Source: an uncultured Bacteroidales bacterium
GTDB lineage: Bacteria; Bacteroidota; Bacteroidia; Bacteroidales; P3
Assembly: GCA_905235855.1 (NCBI GenBank)
Contig: CAJONE010000005.1
Location: 1,550-65,549, forward strand
Length of the DNA: 64,000 nucleotides
Direction: 5' to 3'
The translations under genes and the position numbers were made by a program. The notes beneath the pieces are model-generated. The model made no database searches. It was not told where the DNA came from and saw nothing but the letters and a program-made list of their open reading frames with translations. Positions 30,119 through 38,683 of this stretch are shown piece by piece; within the stretch, counting starts at the first letter, position 1, and the number at the start of each line of letters is the position of its first letter.

Positions 30119-31927
30119 ATGCAATTAAACAAACCGCTTCTTCTTGCATTTTTCTTTTTTGCGGCCTACCATACGGTCGCCCAGACCTACAATTTGAATT
30201 TCAGCGCTGTCGACAGCGATAACAATCGCTATCAACTCGACAGTGTGTCGGTTTTCGACATGTCGCAGGGATGGAGAACCACCCTTGTTTACCCTGACAC
30301 GATTATGAGTCTGACCGTAGGCACGGCGGAAATACGGTCCACGTCTGCAAGTGGTTCGCTTAGCTCGGTATACCCGAATCCTTCAGGTGACAGGGCTAAT
30401 GTCTTTTTCCATGTGGATCATGAAACGACCGCCAGGGTGACAGTATACAGGGCGAATGCTGATATTGTATACGAGACGGCAATACAACTTGTGGCGGGGG
30501 GTAATCGTGTCGAAGTCACACTTGGCGGCAGAGGCGTATTCTTTATGCATATAAATGCTAACGGTGTGCAAAGAGTGGCGAAGCTTGTGTCTTTTGCAAA
30601 CAAAGCACACTGGTGCGTCGAACCGCCGGTATCGTACCCCGTACCGTCGAAAGGCGAAAATGGAGGTGCATTCACCACAGGTGACATCATGCGAATCACC
30701 GGCTATGCCACGTTTAAAAACGCCCGGATAGCAAGTGAGCCCTTTGTAGGCAACATTACAAGCGGGCAGGACATAACCTTCTCCCTCCCCATCAGCTACA
30801 CGGCTCCCAGTGTTGAAACCTCCGAGGCGAGCGGAGTGAATGCGACTGGTGCCATCTGTGGCGGCACCGTACTGGCCGATGGCGGCAAACCGGTCACTAC
30901 TCGCGGTGTGTGCTACAGTTCGGAAAGAACACCTACCGTGGAGGACAACATAACTCTCAACGGAGACGGCATAGGTGATTTCACCGCACAGCTCGAAAAC
31001 CTCCAACCTGGCACCACTTATCTTTTCAGGGCTTACGCATTTAACGCAAAAGGGTTCTCGTATGGCGAAACCAAGACGTTCACAACACCCTTGACCGACG
31101 ACAATCCTTATGAGGATGGAATGCTGTCGGGCGTATTCTCTGTCAGCGACACACAACGGGTTGCGTTCTCGAAAGGCAATCTCCAGTACAGCACACTTGG
31201 AAACCATCTTACAGCTGCAGCCACCATTGAGTCCGGTATCTGGCGTTTCGCCGAGGCACAATATATGTATATTGGTGATGGCAATTCCGCTATATCGGAA
31301 AACTATAGTGGTTTTATCGACCTGTTCGGATGGGGAACCAGCGGTTGGAACAGTGGTGCGCAGTCGTATCAGCCCTATTCCGCATCCACTTCAAACGCCG
31401 ATTACCTCACGATGCGCGATATCAGTGGCACCGATGCTGACTGGGGGCATTATAATGCCATTCAAAACGGCGGAAACACTCCGGAAATGTGGCGGCTTTT
31501 GACATTAGCCGAATGGCAATACCTGCTCAGTGAGGACAACGTCGCCAGAAACGGCAAAAACGCCCAAGCCACGATAACCATCGGACAAACCGAATACAGC
31601 GGATTGCTTCTGTTGCCCGATAGCTTTGTGCTGCCCGAGGGCTGCCAGTATGTGGCGGGTTATGCCAACGGATACTCAACAAACCAGTACTCGCTCGATC
31701 AATGGCTGGCAATGGAGGAGGCAGGCGCGGTGTTTGTCGTTGCAGCCGGAAGGCGTAACGGCACCACTCTGGCTCATCTGAACGCCCGATGCATGTATTG
31801 GAGCGGCACGCCTAATGATGGGAACAGTTCGCATATCCTGTTCTGTATGTCGGGTGCCTTGCAGAGCGACGGTGTCGACCAGGTGCATATCGGTGCTGCC
31901 GTGCGTTTGGTGCGTCCGGTTGAATAA
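30119..31927 (+). CDS. Secreted multidomain protein: internal T9SS-CTD-like beta-sandwich, Fn3-like domain, C-terminal DUF1566/FISUMP-like domain
   Basis: Signal peptide MQLNKPLLLAFFFFAAYHTVA|QTY. SVYPNPSGDRANVFF...VFFMHINANG sits near the N-terminus. An Fn3-like stretch reads GGTVLADGGKPVTTRGVCYS...YLFRAYAFN. The C-terminal part has DLFGWGTSGW, WRLLTLAEWQYLL, YWSGTP and VRLVRPV. Confidence 0.7.
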   Translation: MQLNKPLLLAFFFFAAYHTVAQTYNLNFSAVDSDNNRYQLDSVSVFDMSQGWRTTLVYPDTIMSLTVGTAEIRSTSASGSLSSVYPNPSGDRANVFFHVDHETTARVTVYRANADIVYETAIQLVAGGNRVEVTLGGRGVFFMHINANGVQRVAKLVSFANKAHWCVEPPVSYPVPSKGENGGAFTTGDIMRITGYATFKNARIASEPFVGNITSGQDITFSLPISYTAPSVETSEASGVNATGAICGGTVLADGGKPVTTRGVCYSSERTPTVEDNITLNGDGIGDFTAQLENLQPGTTYLFRAYAFNAKGFSYGETKTFTTPLTDDNPYEDGMLSGVFSVSDTQRVAFSKGNLQYSTLGNHLTAAATIESGIWRFAEAQYMYIGDGNSAISENYSGFIDLFGWGTSGWNSGAQSYQPYSASTSNADYLTMRDISGTDADWGHYNAIQNGGNTPEMWRLLTLAEWQYLLSEDNVARNGKNAQATITIGQTEYSGLLLLPDSFVLPEGCQYVAGYANGYSTNQYSLDQWLAMEEAGAVFVVAAGRRNGTTLAHLNARCMYWSGTPNDGNSSHILFCMSGALQSDGVDQVHIGAAVRLVRPVE

Positions 31928-31943
31928 ACTGCGGTGTCTCCCG

Positions 31944-32813
31944 TCAAAGGATATTGCCCAACTGCTCTTTGATTTTTTCAAGCTCGTCCTTCATTTCGAC
32001 CACGAGACGCTGTATCTCCACGTGGTTGGCTTTTGATCCAGTGGTGTTTATCTCACGCCCCATCTCCTGCGCTACGAAAGCAAGTTTTTTTCCGCACACC
32101 TCCTCGCTGCGCATTGTGTCGCGGAAAAAGGCTATATGCTTTGCAAGGCGCACTTTCTCCTCGGTGATGTCGAGCTTCTCAAGATAGTATATCAGCTCCT
32201 GTTCGAAGCGTACAGGATCGACCTCTTTCACGGCAAAGTCGGCAAAATAACGCTTGATACGCTCGCGCGCGGTGTCGATGCGGTCGCTTTCATACTGTGG
32301 TATGATATTCAGGCGCTGCTCTATTGCATCCACGTGTTTTGCGAAATCTTTTTCCAATATCGAACCCTCGTCTGAGCGAAACCGTTCCACATCGTTGATG
32401 GCCGATGTTATGCAATCGCGGACCGTAGCCCAGTCGCCGTCGCTTATCTCTTCTGCTATTCCTGCATTCCACAAGTCAGGCTGTCTGACAAGAGTTGAGA
32501 AAATGTCGCCATGCGATATCTCAACCTTCAACTCCGATGCGGCGCTGATGAGCTCGGCATATCTCGCGCTTAACAATTCTCGGTCCAGTTGTGCTTGTGT
32601 CGCATCCGAATTGGCCTCGGACAATGTAAAATCCACCTTGCCGCGGTTCAATGCCGAAAGCATCGAGCGTATGTCCAGCTCGTGTGTGCGATAGCGTTGT
32701 GGCAATTTCACGTTCAGGTCGAGCTGTTTGCTGTTTAGGGTTTTTATCTCCACAGATATTGTCATGCCGCCTGCGGCACATTGCTGCTTGGCGAATCCAG
32801 TCATTGATTTCAT
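31944..32813 (-). CDS. yicC: YicC-family stress-induced protein
   Basis: MKSMTGFAK N-terminus and a C-terminal DUF1732-like helix (GREINTTGSKANHVEIQRLVVEMKDELEKIKEQ). Confidence 0.85.
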   Translation of the reverse strand: MKSMTGFAKQQCAAGGMTISVEIKTLNSKQLDLNVKLPQRYRTHELDIRSMLSALNRGKVDFTLSEANSDATQAQLDRELLSARYAELISAASELKVEISHGDIFSTLVRQPDLWNAGIAEEISDGDWATVRDCITSAINDVERFRSDEGSILEKDFAKHVDAIEQRLNIIPQYESDRIDTARERIKRYFADFAVKEVDPVRFEQELIYYLEKLDITEEKVRLAKHIAFFRDTMRSEEVCGKKLAFVAQEMGREINTTGSKANHVEIQRLVVEMKDELEKIKEQLGNIL

Positions 32814-32880
32814 GGGGCTATATTTTTTGATGTATGTATATTGATTTATTGTTGTGCTGTTGAGCGATGCGTATAAGGCG

Positions 32881-33915
32881 TCAGAATCCGTCTATCAGTC
32901 TTTGCATCTCCGGTGTGGCATAAGTTTTGTACTGCCCTTTTTCGTCATAGATGAAAAAAGCATGTTTGATTTCGGGATGCCGGTCGATAAAATGTTTTGC
33001 GCTGTCGAGCCCCATAACCATAAAGGCGGTGGCCAGTGCGTCGGCTTTCCAGGCTGTGGTGTCGACCACGGTTGCGCTTAAAAGGGTGTGGTTGACGGGA
33101 AATCCGGTCGAAGGGTCTATTGTGTGTGAGTAGCGTGTACCGTCTTTCTCGTAGTATTTGCGGTAGTTTCCCGATGTCACCAGTGCCGCGTCGCGCAGGG
33201 CAACACTTTCCATAACCTGCGGGATGCTGGTGCTGTCGGCTGCGGGTTTCTCGATGCCTACAATCCAGGGTTGTCCCCCCTCTTTGCATCCTTTGGCTAT
33301 AATCTCTCCGCCCACATCGATAAGGTAGTTTTTTATACCTTTTGACTGTAAAAATCCGGCCAGCAGGTCGACCGAAAACCCTTGAGCTATTGCGTTGAAG
33401 TCGATTTCGGTGCGTTTGTCCTCTCTCCATAGGACGGCGCCGCCGGCGCTAACGTCGTCGTGCCGGTGTATGGCAACGGCGGCGTAGCATATTCTCAGAA
33501 GGCTGTCCACGGCGGCTGTGTCGAGCGTGGTTCTCGTCTTCGCGCCAAATCCCCATGCGTTGACCAGTTTTCCGACTCTGCAGTCGAATGCTCCACTGGT
33601 GTATCGGTTTATCGCAAGAGATTTTTCCAGAAGGTCGGCAGTTATGTTGTCCATAAGGCTGTCGTCGCCACGGTTCAGCCTGTTTAGGGTGGAGTTTTCA
33701 ACCCAGAGCGATGCCGAGAGGTCAAATGCCCGTAGCAGTGAGTCGACCTCTTGCTGCAGGTTGCGGTTCTCCTTGTCTCGGTAGATTACTGTGTAGAATG
33801 TGCCCTGAGCTTTGCCTCCGATTTTGATTGTGCCGCCGCTACGGTTACAAGAGAATATCCCCGCCGACAATGCGGCGGAGCAAAAAAACAGTATTGCAAA
33901 ACTATGAGTTTTCAT
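32881..33915 (-). CDS. apbE: FAD:protein FMN transferase (ApbE family) lipoprotein
   Basis: Lipoprotein signal (GIFSC). ApbE motifs FNAIAQGFSVD, YSHTIDPSTGFPV and ADALATAFMVMG. Confidence 0.9.
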   Translation of the reverse strand: MKTHSFAILFFCSAALSAGIFSCNRSGGTIKIGGKAQGTFYTVIYRDKENRNLQQEVDSLLRAFDLSASLWVENSTLNRLNRGDDSLMDNITADLLEKSLAINRYTSGAFDCRVGKLVNAWGFGAKTRTTLDTAAVDSLLRICYAAVAIHRHDDVSAGGAVLWREDKRTEIDFNAIAQGFSVDLLAGFLQSKGIKNYLIDVGGEIIAKGCKEGGQPWIVGIEKPAADSTSIPQVMESVALRDAALVTSGNYRKYYEKDGTRYSHTIDPSTGFPVNHTLLSATVVDTTAWKADALATAFMVMGLDSAKHFIDRHPEIKHAFFIYDEKGQYKTYATPEMQRLIDGF

Positions 33916-33925
33916 TATCCCATAA

Positions 33926-33967
33926 TTGAAAAAGCGTCCGGCACACCTTTCGTTTACCGAACGCTTT
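33926..33967 (-). terminator. Possible rho-independent terminator/attenuator between the cargo gene and apbE
   Basis: On the minus strand, AAAGCGTTCGG / CCGGACGCTTT (11 bp stem, 1 mismatch) is followed by TTTTTC. It lies only 11 nt upstream of the apbE start, so its role is uncertain. Confidence 0.35.
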
Positions 33968-33985
33968 CTCTATAAAGGTTCTGTC

Positions 33986-35332
33986 TTATTTCTTGACGGC
34001 AATCTTTTGGTTGACAACCGAGCCGTCAGCCATTCTCAAACTGACCATGTATATGCCGTTGTTGTAGCGTGCAACATTCAGACCGTAGGTCTCTGCGGAC
34101 ACTTTCGACTCGTCGATTTTCTGACCAGCCATATTGTAAACCACAATTGATTCGACAGTTTTTGGGCTTTCGATGTTAAGCAGAGCCGATGCGGGGTTGG
34201 GATAGAGTTTCACATCGCTGTCCGCTGCCTCGGTTATTCCCGTGACGTAAGGGCTTACCATAACGGTTACATAAGCTGTGCGTGAGCATTTTCTGTCGGC
34301 CGAGGTGGCAGTCAATGCCACATCGGTGTTCTCGGTCAGGTTAGTAAGAGTGATGGATGGGTCGGTAGATGTTTGACCGGCGTAGTTCCAGTTCAGAGAG
34401 GCGTTGGAATGGTCGCATTCGCTGGTAAGGGTGGTGCTTTGGCCCGGGAGAAGGTCAAGGTTGCCGATTATCCTCACCGAGAGATCCTCGTAGACAGTCA
34501 GGTTAATGACAACATTGCTGTCGCACTTTTCTGTAGATTGACCTACTTTAATTGTGTCGACCTTGCTTTCGTTGTAGGTCTTGCCAAGGAATATAAACGC
34601 ACCGCAGGATGTAGTGTCAATGGGGGTGTATTTTGCGTCGTGAATGACGAAGTGTATAAGCAATGTGTTCTCCTGACATTGCCCATTGGTGGTCACAACA
34701 GAAACCCTGGAAGTGTCTCTTGTGGTGTATGATGTTAAACGGTTCACGCCGTTGCCGTAGGAAGCAAAGCCGCAGCCTGATACTGTTGTGTCGCTTGTTG
34801 AGCCAGCCGACGGTGCAACGATGGTGAGGTTAAGTGTGTGCAGTTCGGCGCATGTACCCGTTGTTGCGTCGGCATGAACAGTATCGGTGCATACGGTGTC
34901 GGTGGTGAATGTTTTGTTGCGCCATGCGAACTGGAAACATGCCGAGGTGTCGTAGGAGTAACGTCCGGTGTCCTCTATGGTCAATGTGAGTGTTACTGTG
35001 CTGTCGCACCCGTAACGGTCGCTGAATGTGTGGGTGGCAACTGTGGACTCGCGATAGGTGGAGTCGCCCCATGTGTATTTGCAGCCAGCTGCAACCTCGT
35101 CGGTGAAAGAGCCCCCAAGGTGGACTTCCAAGTCAAGGACATAAAGAGTGTCGCCGCTGATGTAGAATGCCACGGTGTCGTGGTAATACGTTTCGCCGTT
35201 GCCTTCATCCCAAGTATAACTTTCGCAGGCACTTTTTGTGACAAACTCGTGATACAATGACTTTGTCTGTGCCACGGCAATCAAAGGAAACATAAGAGCC
35301 AGCAATGAAGCAATAAATAGTACTTTCTTCAT
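33986..35332 (-). CDS. Secreted Cys-pair repeat protein with T9SS C-terminal sorting domain
   Basis: Signal peptide ...LIAVA|QTK. Five modules of the same C..(Y/F).W..G..Y ... C(D/E/Q)(S/N)..L.L.(I/V) type as in ORF 2-1153. C-terminal CTD is KLYPNPASALLNIE...GIYMVSLRM...IAVKK. Confidence 0.8.
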   Translation of the reverse strand: MKKVLFIASLLALMFPLIAVAQTKSLYHEFVTKSACESYTWDEGNGETYYHDTVAFYISGDTLYVLDLEVHLGGSFTDEVAAGCKYTWGDSTYRESTVATHTFSDRYGCDSTVTLTLTIEDTGRYSYDTSACFQFAWRNKTFTTDTVCTDTVHADATTGTCAELHTLNLTIVAPSAGSTSDTTVSGCGFASYGNGVNRLTSYTTRDTSRVSVVTTNGQCQENTLLIHFVIHDAKYTPIDTTSCGAFIFLGKTYNESKVDTIKVGQSTEKCDSNVVINLTVYEDLSVRIIGNLDLLPGQSTTLTSECDHSNASLNWNYAGQTSTDPSITLTNLTENTDVALTATSADRKCSRTAYVTVMVSPYVTGITEAADSDVKLYPNPASALLNIESPKTVESIVVYNMAGQKIDESKVSAETYGLNVARYNNGIYMVSLRMADGSVVNQKIAVKK

Positions 35333-35432
35333 ATTACAGTTTCTTTTATTTGTTCGATAAATGTTATTAACAACTTACTATCAACATTCTACGTTGGTTA
35401 TACCTAACCGAACGCTTTTTTTCAACAATGTG

Positions 35433-35440
35433 CAAAGATA
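35433..35440 (-). promoter_or_regulatory. Bacteroidetes -7 promoter box (TATCTTTG on minus strand)
   Basis: The plus strand reads CAAAGATA, ~100 nt upstream of the 35332 start. Confidence 0.4.
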
Positions 35441-35479
35441 GTATTTTTTTTGCAAAAAAAAACCTTATTGTGAAAAAGG

Positions 35480-36904
35480 TCATTTTTTTCTGACAAGTTC
35501 AACAATATTTTCGACATGGTGTGTGTGTGGGAACATGTCAACGGGTTGTATTCGGGCAGGGTCGTAGAATTCGGACATCAGCTTTATATCGCGTGCCTGG
35601 GTGGCCGGATTGCAGCTGACATATATTATTTTACGCGGTGCTGCGGCAATCAGTTGTCTTATCACTTTTTCGTGCATGCCCGCTCGTGGTGGGTCGGTTA
35701 TTACGATATCGGGCTTGCCGTGTGCGTTTATGAAGTCTTCGGTGAGTATTTCGGCCATGTCGCCTGCAAAAAAACTTGTATTGTTCAGTCTGTTCAAGTA
35801 TGCGTTGGCTTTTGCGTCGTCGATGGCTTCGTTGACGTACTCTATGCCAATAACCCGATTGCACATTGGTGCAACAAATTGTGCTATGGTGCCGGTGCCG
35901 GTATACAGGTCGTAGACGGTGTCGTTGTCGCGCAAGTCGGCAAATTCGGCCACATAGCGGTATAGGCGGTGCGCCTGCTCCGAATTGGTCTGGTAGAACG
36001 ACTTGGGATTAATCCTGAAACGCAGGAAACCGTCTTTGCGATATGTTGTCATCCGTTCCTCAAGATAGGGGTTGCCGGCAAAAAGATGTGCCTTGAGGTC
36101 GGCGTATGAGTCGTTAAGTTTGTTGTTTATGATATAGTGAAGCGAGGTCACTTGTGGAAAATTGTCGCGTAAAGCGGTCAGCAGCGGCACAAGCTGGTCG
36201 GGCCAATCGTCGGCCACAATTACTATAAGCATCCATTCGCCTGCCGAATTGTTGCGAACCACCAGGTTTCTCAAGTATCCGGTGTGGTTCCGGATGTCGT
36301 AGAATGGGAGATTGTTGGCTATGGCATAGTTGCGTACAAAAAGGCGAATGGTGTTTGAGAGTTCGTCCTGTAGTAGGCACGACTTTATGTCGAGCACCTT
36401 GTCAAACAGGCCGGATATGTGAAACCCTAATGCGCCGTTGTTTGTTGAAGGTGTGTTTTCCTGCGGGTTGTCAATCCAGGCACGTGTAGAGAATGTGTAT
36501 TCCAGCTTGTTGCGGTAGTGGAATATCTTTTCAGAGCCGCAAATGGGGCGCATTTCATTGCTTTTGACATTGCCCAAATGTTCGAGTGTTTCTTTCACCA
36601 GCTTTTGTTTGGTTTCGAGCTGGCTGGTATATTCGAGCATCTGCCATTTGCAGCCGCCGCAGACACCGAAATGCGGGCATTTGGCATCGACTCTTTTTTC
36701 GGAGAATTTTTTTAAGGCGACAGCTTTTGCTTCGCAATAGGTTTTCTTCGACTTAAGCACTCGTATATCAACCACGTCGCCTGGTACGACAAACGGCACA
36801 AAAACCACTTTCCCGTCAATGTGTGACAGTGCTTTTCCCTCTGCTGCTATATCCTCTATCAAGACGTTCTCGATAACTGGGTGCTCTTTGCGCTTTCTAC
36901 TCAT
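35480..36904 (-). CDS. rlmD: 23S rRNA (uracil-5-)-methyltransferase RlmD/RumA family
   Basis: TRAM domain, Fe-S Cys cluster (CPHFGVCGGCKWQ) and SAM-MTase motifs (DLYTGTGTI, DPPRAG). The internal ATG at 36904 (MSRKRKEHPV) is preferred. Confidence 0.85.
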   Translation of the reverse strand: MSRKRKEHPVIENVLIEDIAAEGKALSHIDGKVVFVPFVVPGDVVDIRVLKSKKTYCEAKAVALKKFSEKRVDAKCPHFGVCGGCKWQMLEYTSQLETKQKLVKETLEHLGNVKSNEMRPICGSEKIFHYRNKLEYTFSTRAWIDNPQENTPSTNNGALGFHISGLFDKVLDIKSCLLQDELSNTIRLFVRNYAIANNLPFYDIRNHTGYLRNLVVRNNSAGEWMLIVIVADDWPDQLVPLLTALRDNFPQVTSLHYIINNKLNDSYADLKAHLFAGNPYLEERMTTYRKDGFLRFRINPKSFYQTNSEQAHRLYRYVAEFADLRDNDTVYDLYTGTGTIAQFVAPMCNRVIGIEYVNEAIDDAKANAYLNRLNNTSFFAGDMAEILTEDFINAHGKPDIVITDPPRAGMHEKVIRQLIAAAPRKIIYVSCNPATQARDIKLMSEFYDPARIQPVDMFPHTHHVENIVELVRKK

Positions 36905-37079
36905 AACTGAAGTTTCAATTTTTAGTTTAGCCGACCGGATGGACAAAAAAAAGAGGCAATGTACCACAAAGCCTCCCAATTCGTTCACCTGTTGGACTTG
37001 TCGCGTTGCCGGTCTCCCGATAACAGGTCGCTAATGCGGATTTCTTGGCGAAAAGGGATTCGCCTCACCGCAACACAGA

Positions 37080-37226
37080 CTATCGTTCGTCAGAGACAGA
37101 CAGTTTTTTTCTGCCTTTTCTGCGGCGGGCAGCCAGAACTTTTCTGCCGTTGGCCGTAGACATTCTCTTGCGAAATCCGTGCTTATTAGCTCTTTTTCTG
37201 CGTGATGGTTGGAATGTTCTTTTCAT
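37080..37226 (-). CDS. rpmH: 50S ribosomal protein L34
   Basis: Hand translation of the minus strand gives [48 protein letters not shown] plus a stop. Absent from the ORF track because it is under 60 aa. Confidence 0.92.
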   Translation of the reverse strand: MKRTFQPSRRKRANKHGFRKRMSTANGRKVLAARRRKGRKKLSVSDER

Positions 37227-37248
37227 TTTCTGTAAGATTTTGGATTTG

Positions 37249-37256
37249 CAAAAGTA
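37249..37256 (-). promoter_or_regulatory. Bacteroidetes -7 promoter box (TACTTTTG on minus strand) for rpmH
   Basis: The plus strand reads CAAAAGTA, 23 nt upstream of the rpmH ATG. Confidence 0.5.
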
Positions 37257-37438
37257 CAAAAAAAATATTTATCAACAAGAAAAATTGGGAAATCGTAACT
37301 ATTTAATCGGATTCAACAGTATGCACGGTGGCAGATGCTGGCTGTAAACAGGTTCTTTTACAGCATTATAAAAATAATTCATAAATCTTTGAAAAGAGAC
37401 AAAGTTGAAACGACGGTTAATAATTGTTGAAAAATATG

Positions 37439-37446
37439 TATTTTTG
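37439..37446 (+). promoter_or_regulatory. Bacteroidetes -7 promoter box (TATTTTTG)
   Basis: TAnnTTTG match 33 nt upstream of the ATG at 37479. Confidence 0.45.
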
Positions 37447-37478
37447 CAAACCGTTTCGATTTTGAAAGTTGGAAACAG

Positions 37479-38180
37479 ATGGAGATAAAATCATTCAACA
37501 AACTCGTCGACAATCCCCTCGAACTCTCGTTTCAGGACAAGGTGCTCGTTCAGGAGGAATGCTTGAAAACGCCGTTCAGCGCCATACTCAGACTGCTTGA
37601 CACGCTGTGCAGCAAAGCCTGCAATATAGCAACCGACAAGATGAGCAACATGCATACCATTTTGCTTTATCTACCCGAAAACAACACATTGTCGGTACTG
37701 CTGGGCAAGGTCAGGCTGAAAGATACGATCGGAGAGACGCCGAGCGGGAATATGACAAAGGATGAAACAGAGCAGGTGTTGCCTCGAACAGAGCAAAGCC
37801 GAAACAAACCGGAAACAGTCGAACAGGCTGTTCAACAACCCGAGGTCGACATACTACAGGAGATAAACGACTATCAGGAAGTTTCGTTCAAGACTGCGCC
37901 GAAGAGTGTGATTCTTGACAAGTTTCTTGAAGCAGCGTCATGCGGCAATGTGGACAACAGTCCGGTCGAACCAGTTGCAGTGAGCGAGTTGGGCAAAAAA
38001 AGCTTACAACCAAACAATTCGTTAAACACTGAAACACTTGCATTTATACTTGTCCAACAAGGCAAATTCGACAAGGCTATTGAGGTCTACACCAATTTGT
38101 CAGCCCAAAATCCCGAAAAAAGTGCTACTTTTGCAGTCCGCATTGAGGAAATAAAAAAGAAGTCTGGACATGTGCAGTAG
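37479..38180 (+). CDS. Hypothetical protein with TPR-like C-terminal helix pair
   Basis: ORF with its own promoter box. The C-terminus (LAFILVQQGKFDKAIEVYTNLSAQNPEKSATFAVRIEEIKK) resembles one TPR unit. No other motif was recognised. Confidence 0.45.
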   Translation: MEIKSFNKLVDNPLELSFQDKVLVQEECLKTPFSAILRLLDTLCSKACNIATDKMSNMHTILLYLPENNTLSVLLGKVRLKDTIGETPSGNMTKDETEQVLPRTEQSRNKPETVEQAVQQPEVDILQEINDYQEVSFKTAPKSVILDKFLEAASCGNVDNSPVEPVAVSELGKKSLQPNNSLNTETLAFILVQQGKFDKAIEVYTNLSAQNPEKSATFAVRIEEIKKKSGHVQ

Positions 38181-38230
38181 CCGTGTAATCAGGCGTTAGC
38201 AAACGATAAACAAACAAAAACAAAAAAACT

Positions 38231-38560
38231 ATGGCAATCTATCATTTTATTGTTGCGCTCATACTTTTGGTTTGTATACTTTTGGCAGTGGTTGTACTGA
38301 TACAAAACTCCAAAGGTGGCGGGCTGGCAGCCAATTTCTCGGCCCCTACGGAAATAATGGGTGTGCGCAAAACGACCGACTTTCTCGAAAAGGCCACATG
38401 GTGGCTCGCAATAGCTTTGGTGGTGTTGAGCCTTGCGGCCACGATGGCTATTCCGCGAAACCACATCAACAGCCAGAGTGACAGAGAGCAAACTGAGCAG
38501 ACCGAACAGACCGACAATACTCCGTCGGCAACGGGTACATCGGAGAATTCGGCAAAATAA
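38231..38560 (+). CDS. secG: Preprotein translocase subunit SecG
   Basis: Two TM helices with the VVVLIQNSKGGGLAANF motif between them. Confidence 0.85.
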   Translation: MAIYHFIVALILLVCILLAVVVLIQNSKGGGLAANFSAPTEIMGVRKTTDFLEKATWWLAIALVVLSLAATMAIPRNHINSQSDREQTEQTEQTDNTPSATGTSENSAK

Positions 38561-38585
38561 AAGAGGGAAATTGAAAAAAATACGG

Positions 38586-38623
38586 CAGGAGCGCACGCAG
38601 CCGACGCGGTGCTCCTGTTTTTG
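38586..38623 (+). terminator. Rho-independent terminator after secG
   Basis: 9 bp stem CAGGAGCGC / GCGGTGCTCCTG region (one G-U pair) followed by TTTTT. Confidence 0.6.
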
Positions 38624-38683
38624 TTATGTCAGGTTTTGGTTCGATTGTGAAGTGGGGCGATCGCGGATTAACAATACAGGAGA

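Noticed and set aside
35444-35461. Perfect A/T palindrome TTTTTTTTGCAAAAAAAA, considered as a terminator for rlmD
   Set aside because: The stem would be almost exclusively A-U pairs and too weak to call. It may simply be part of the AT-rich promoter region of the neighbouring cargo gene.
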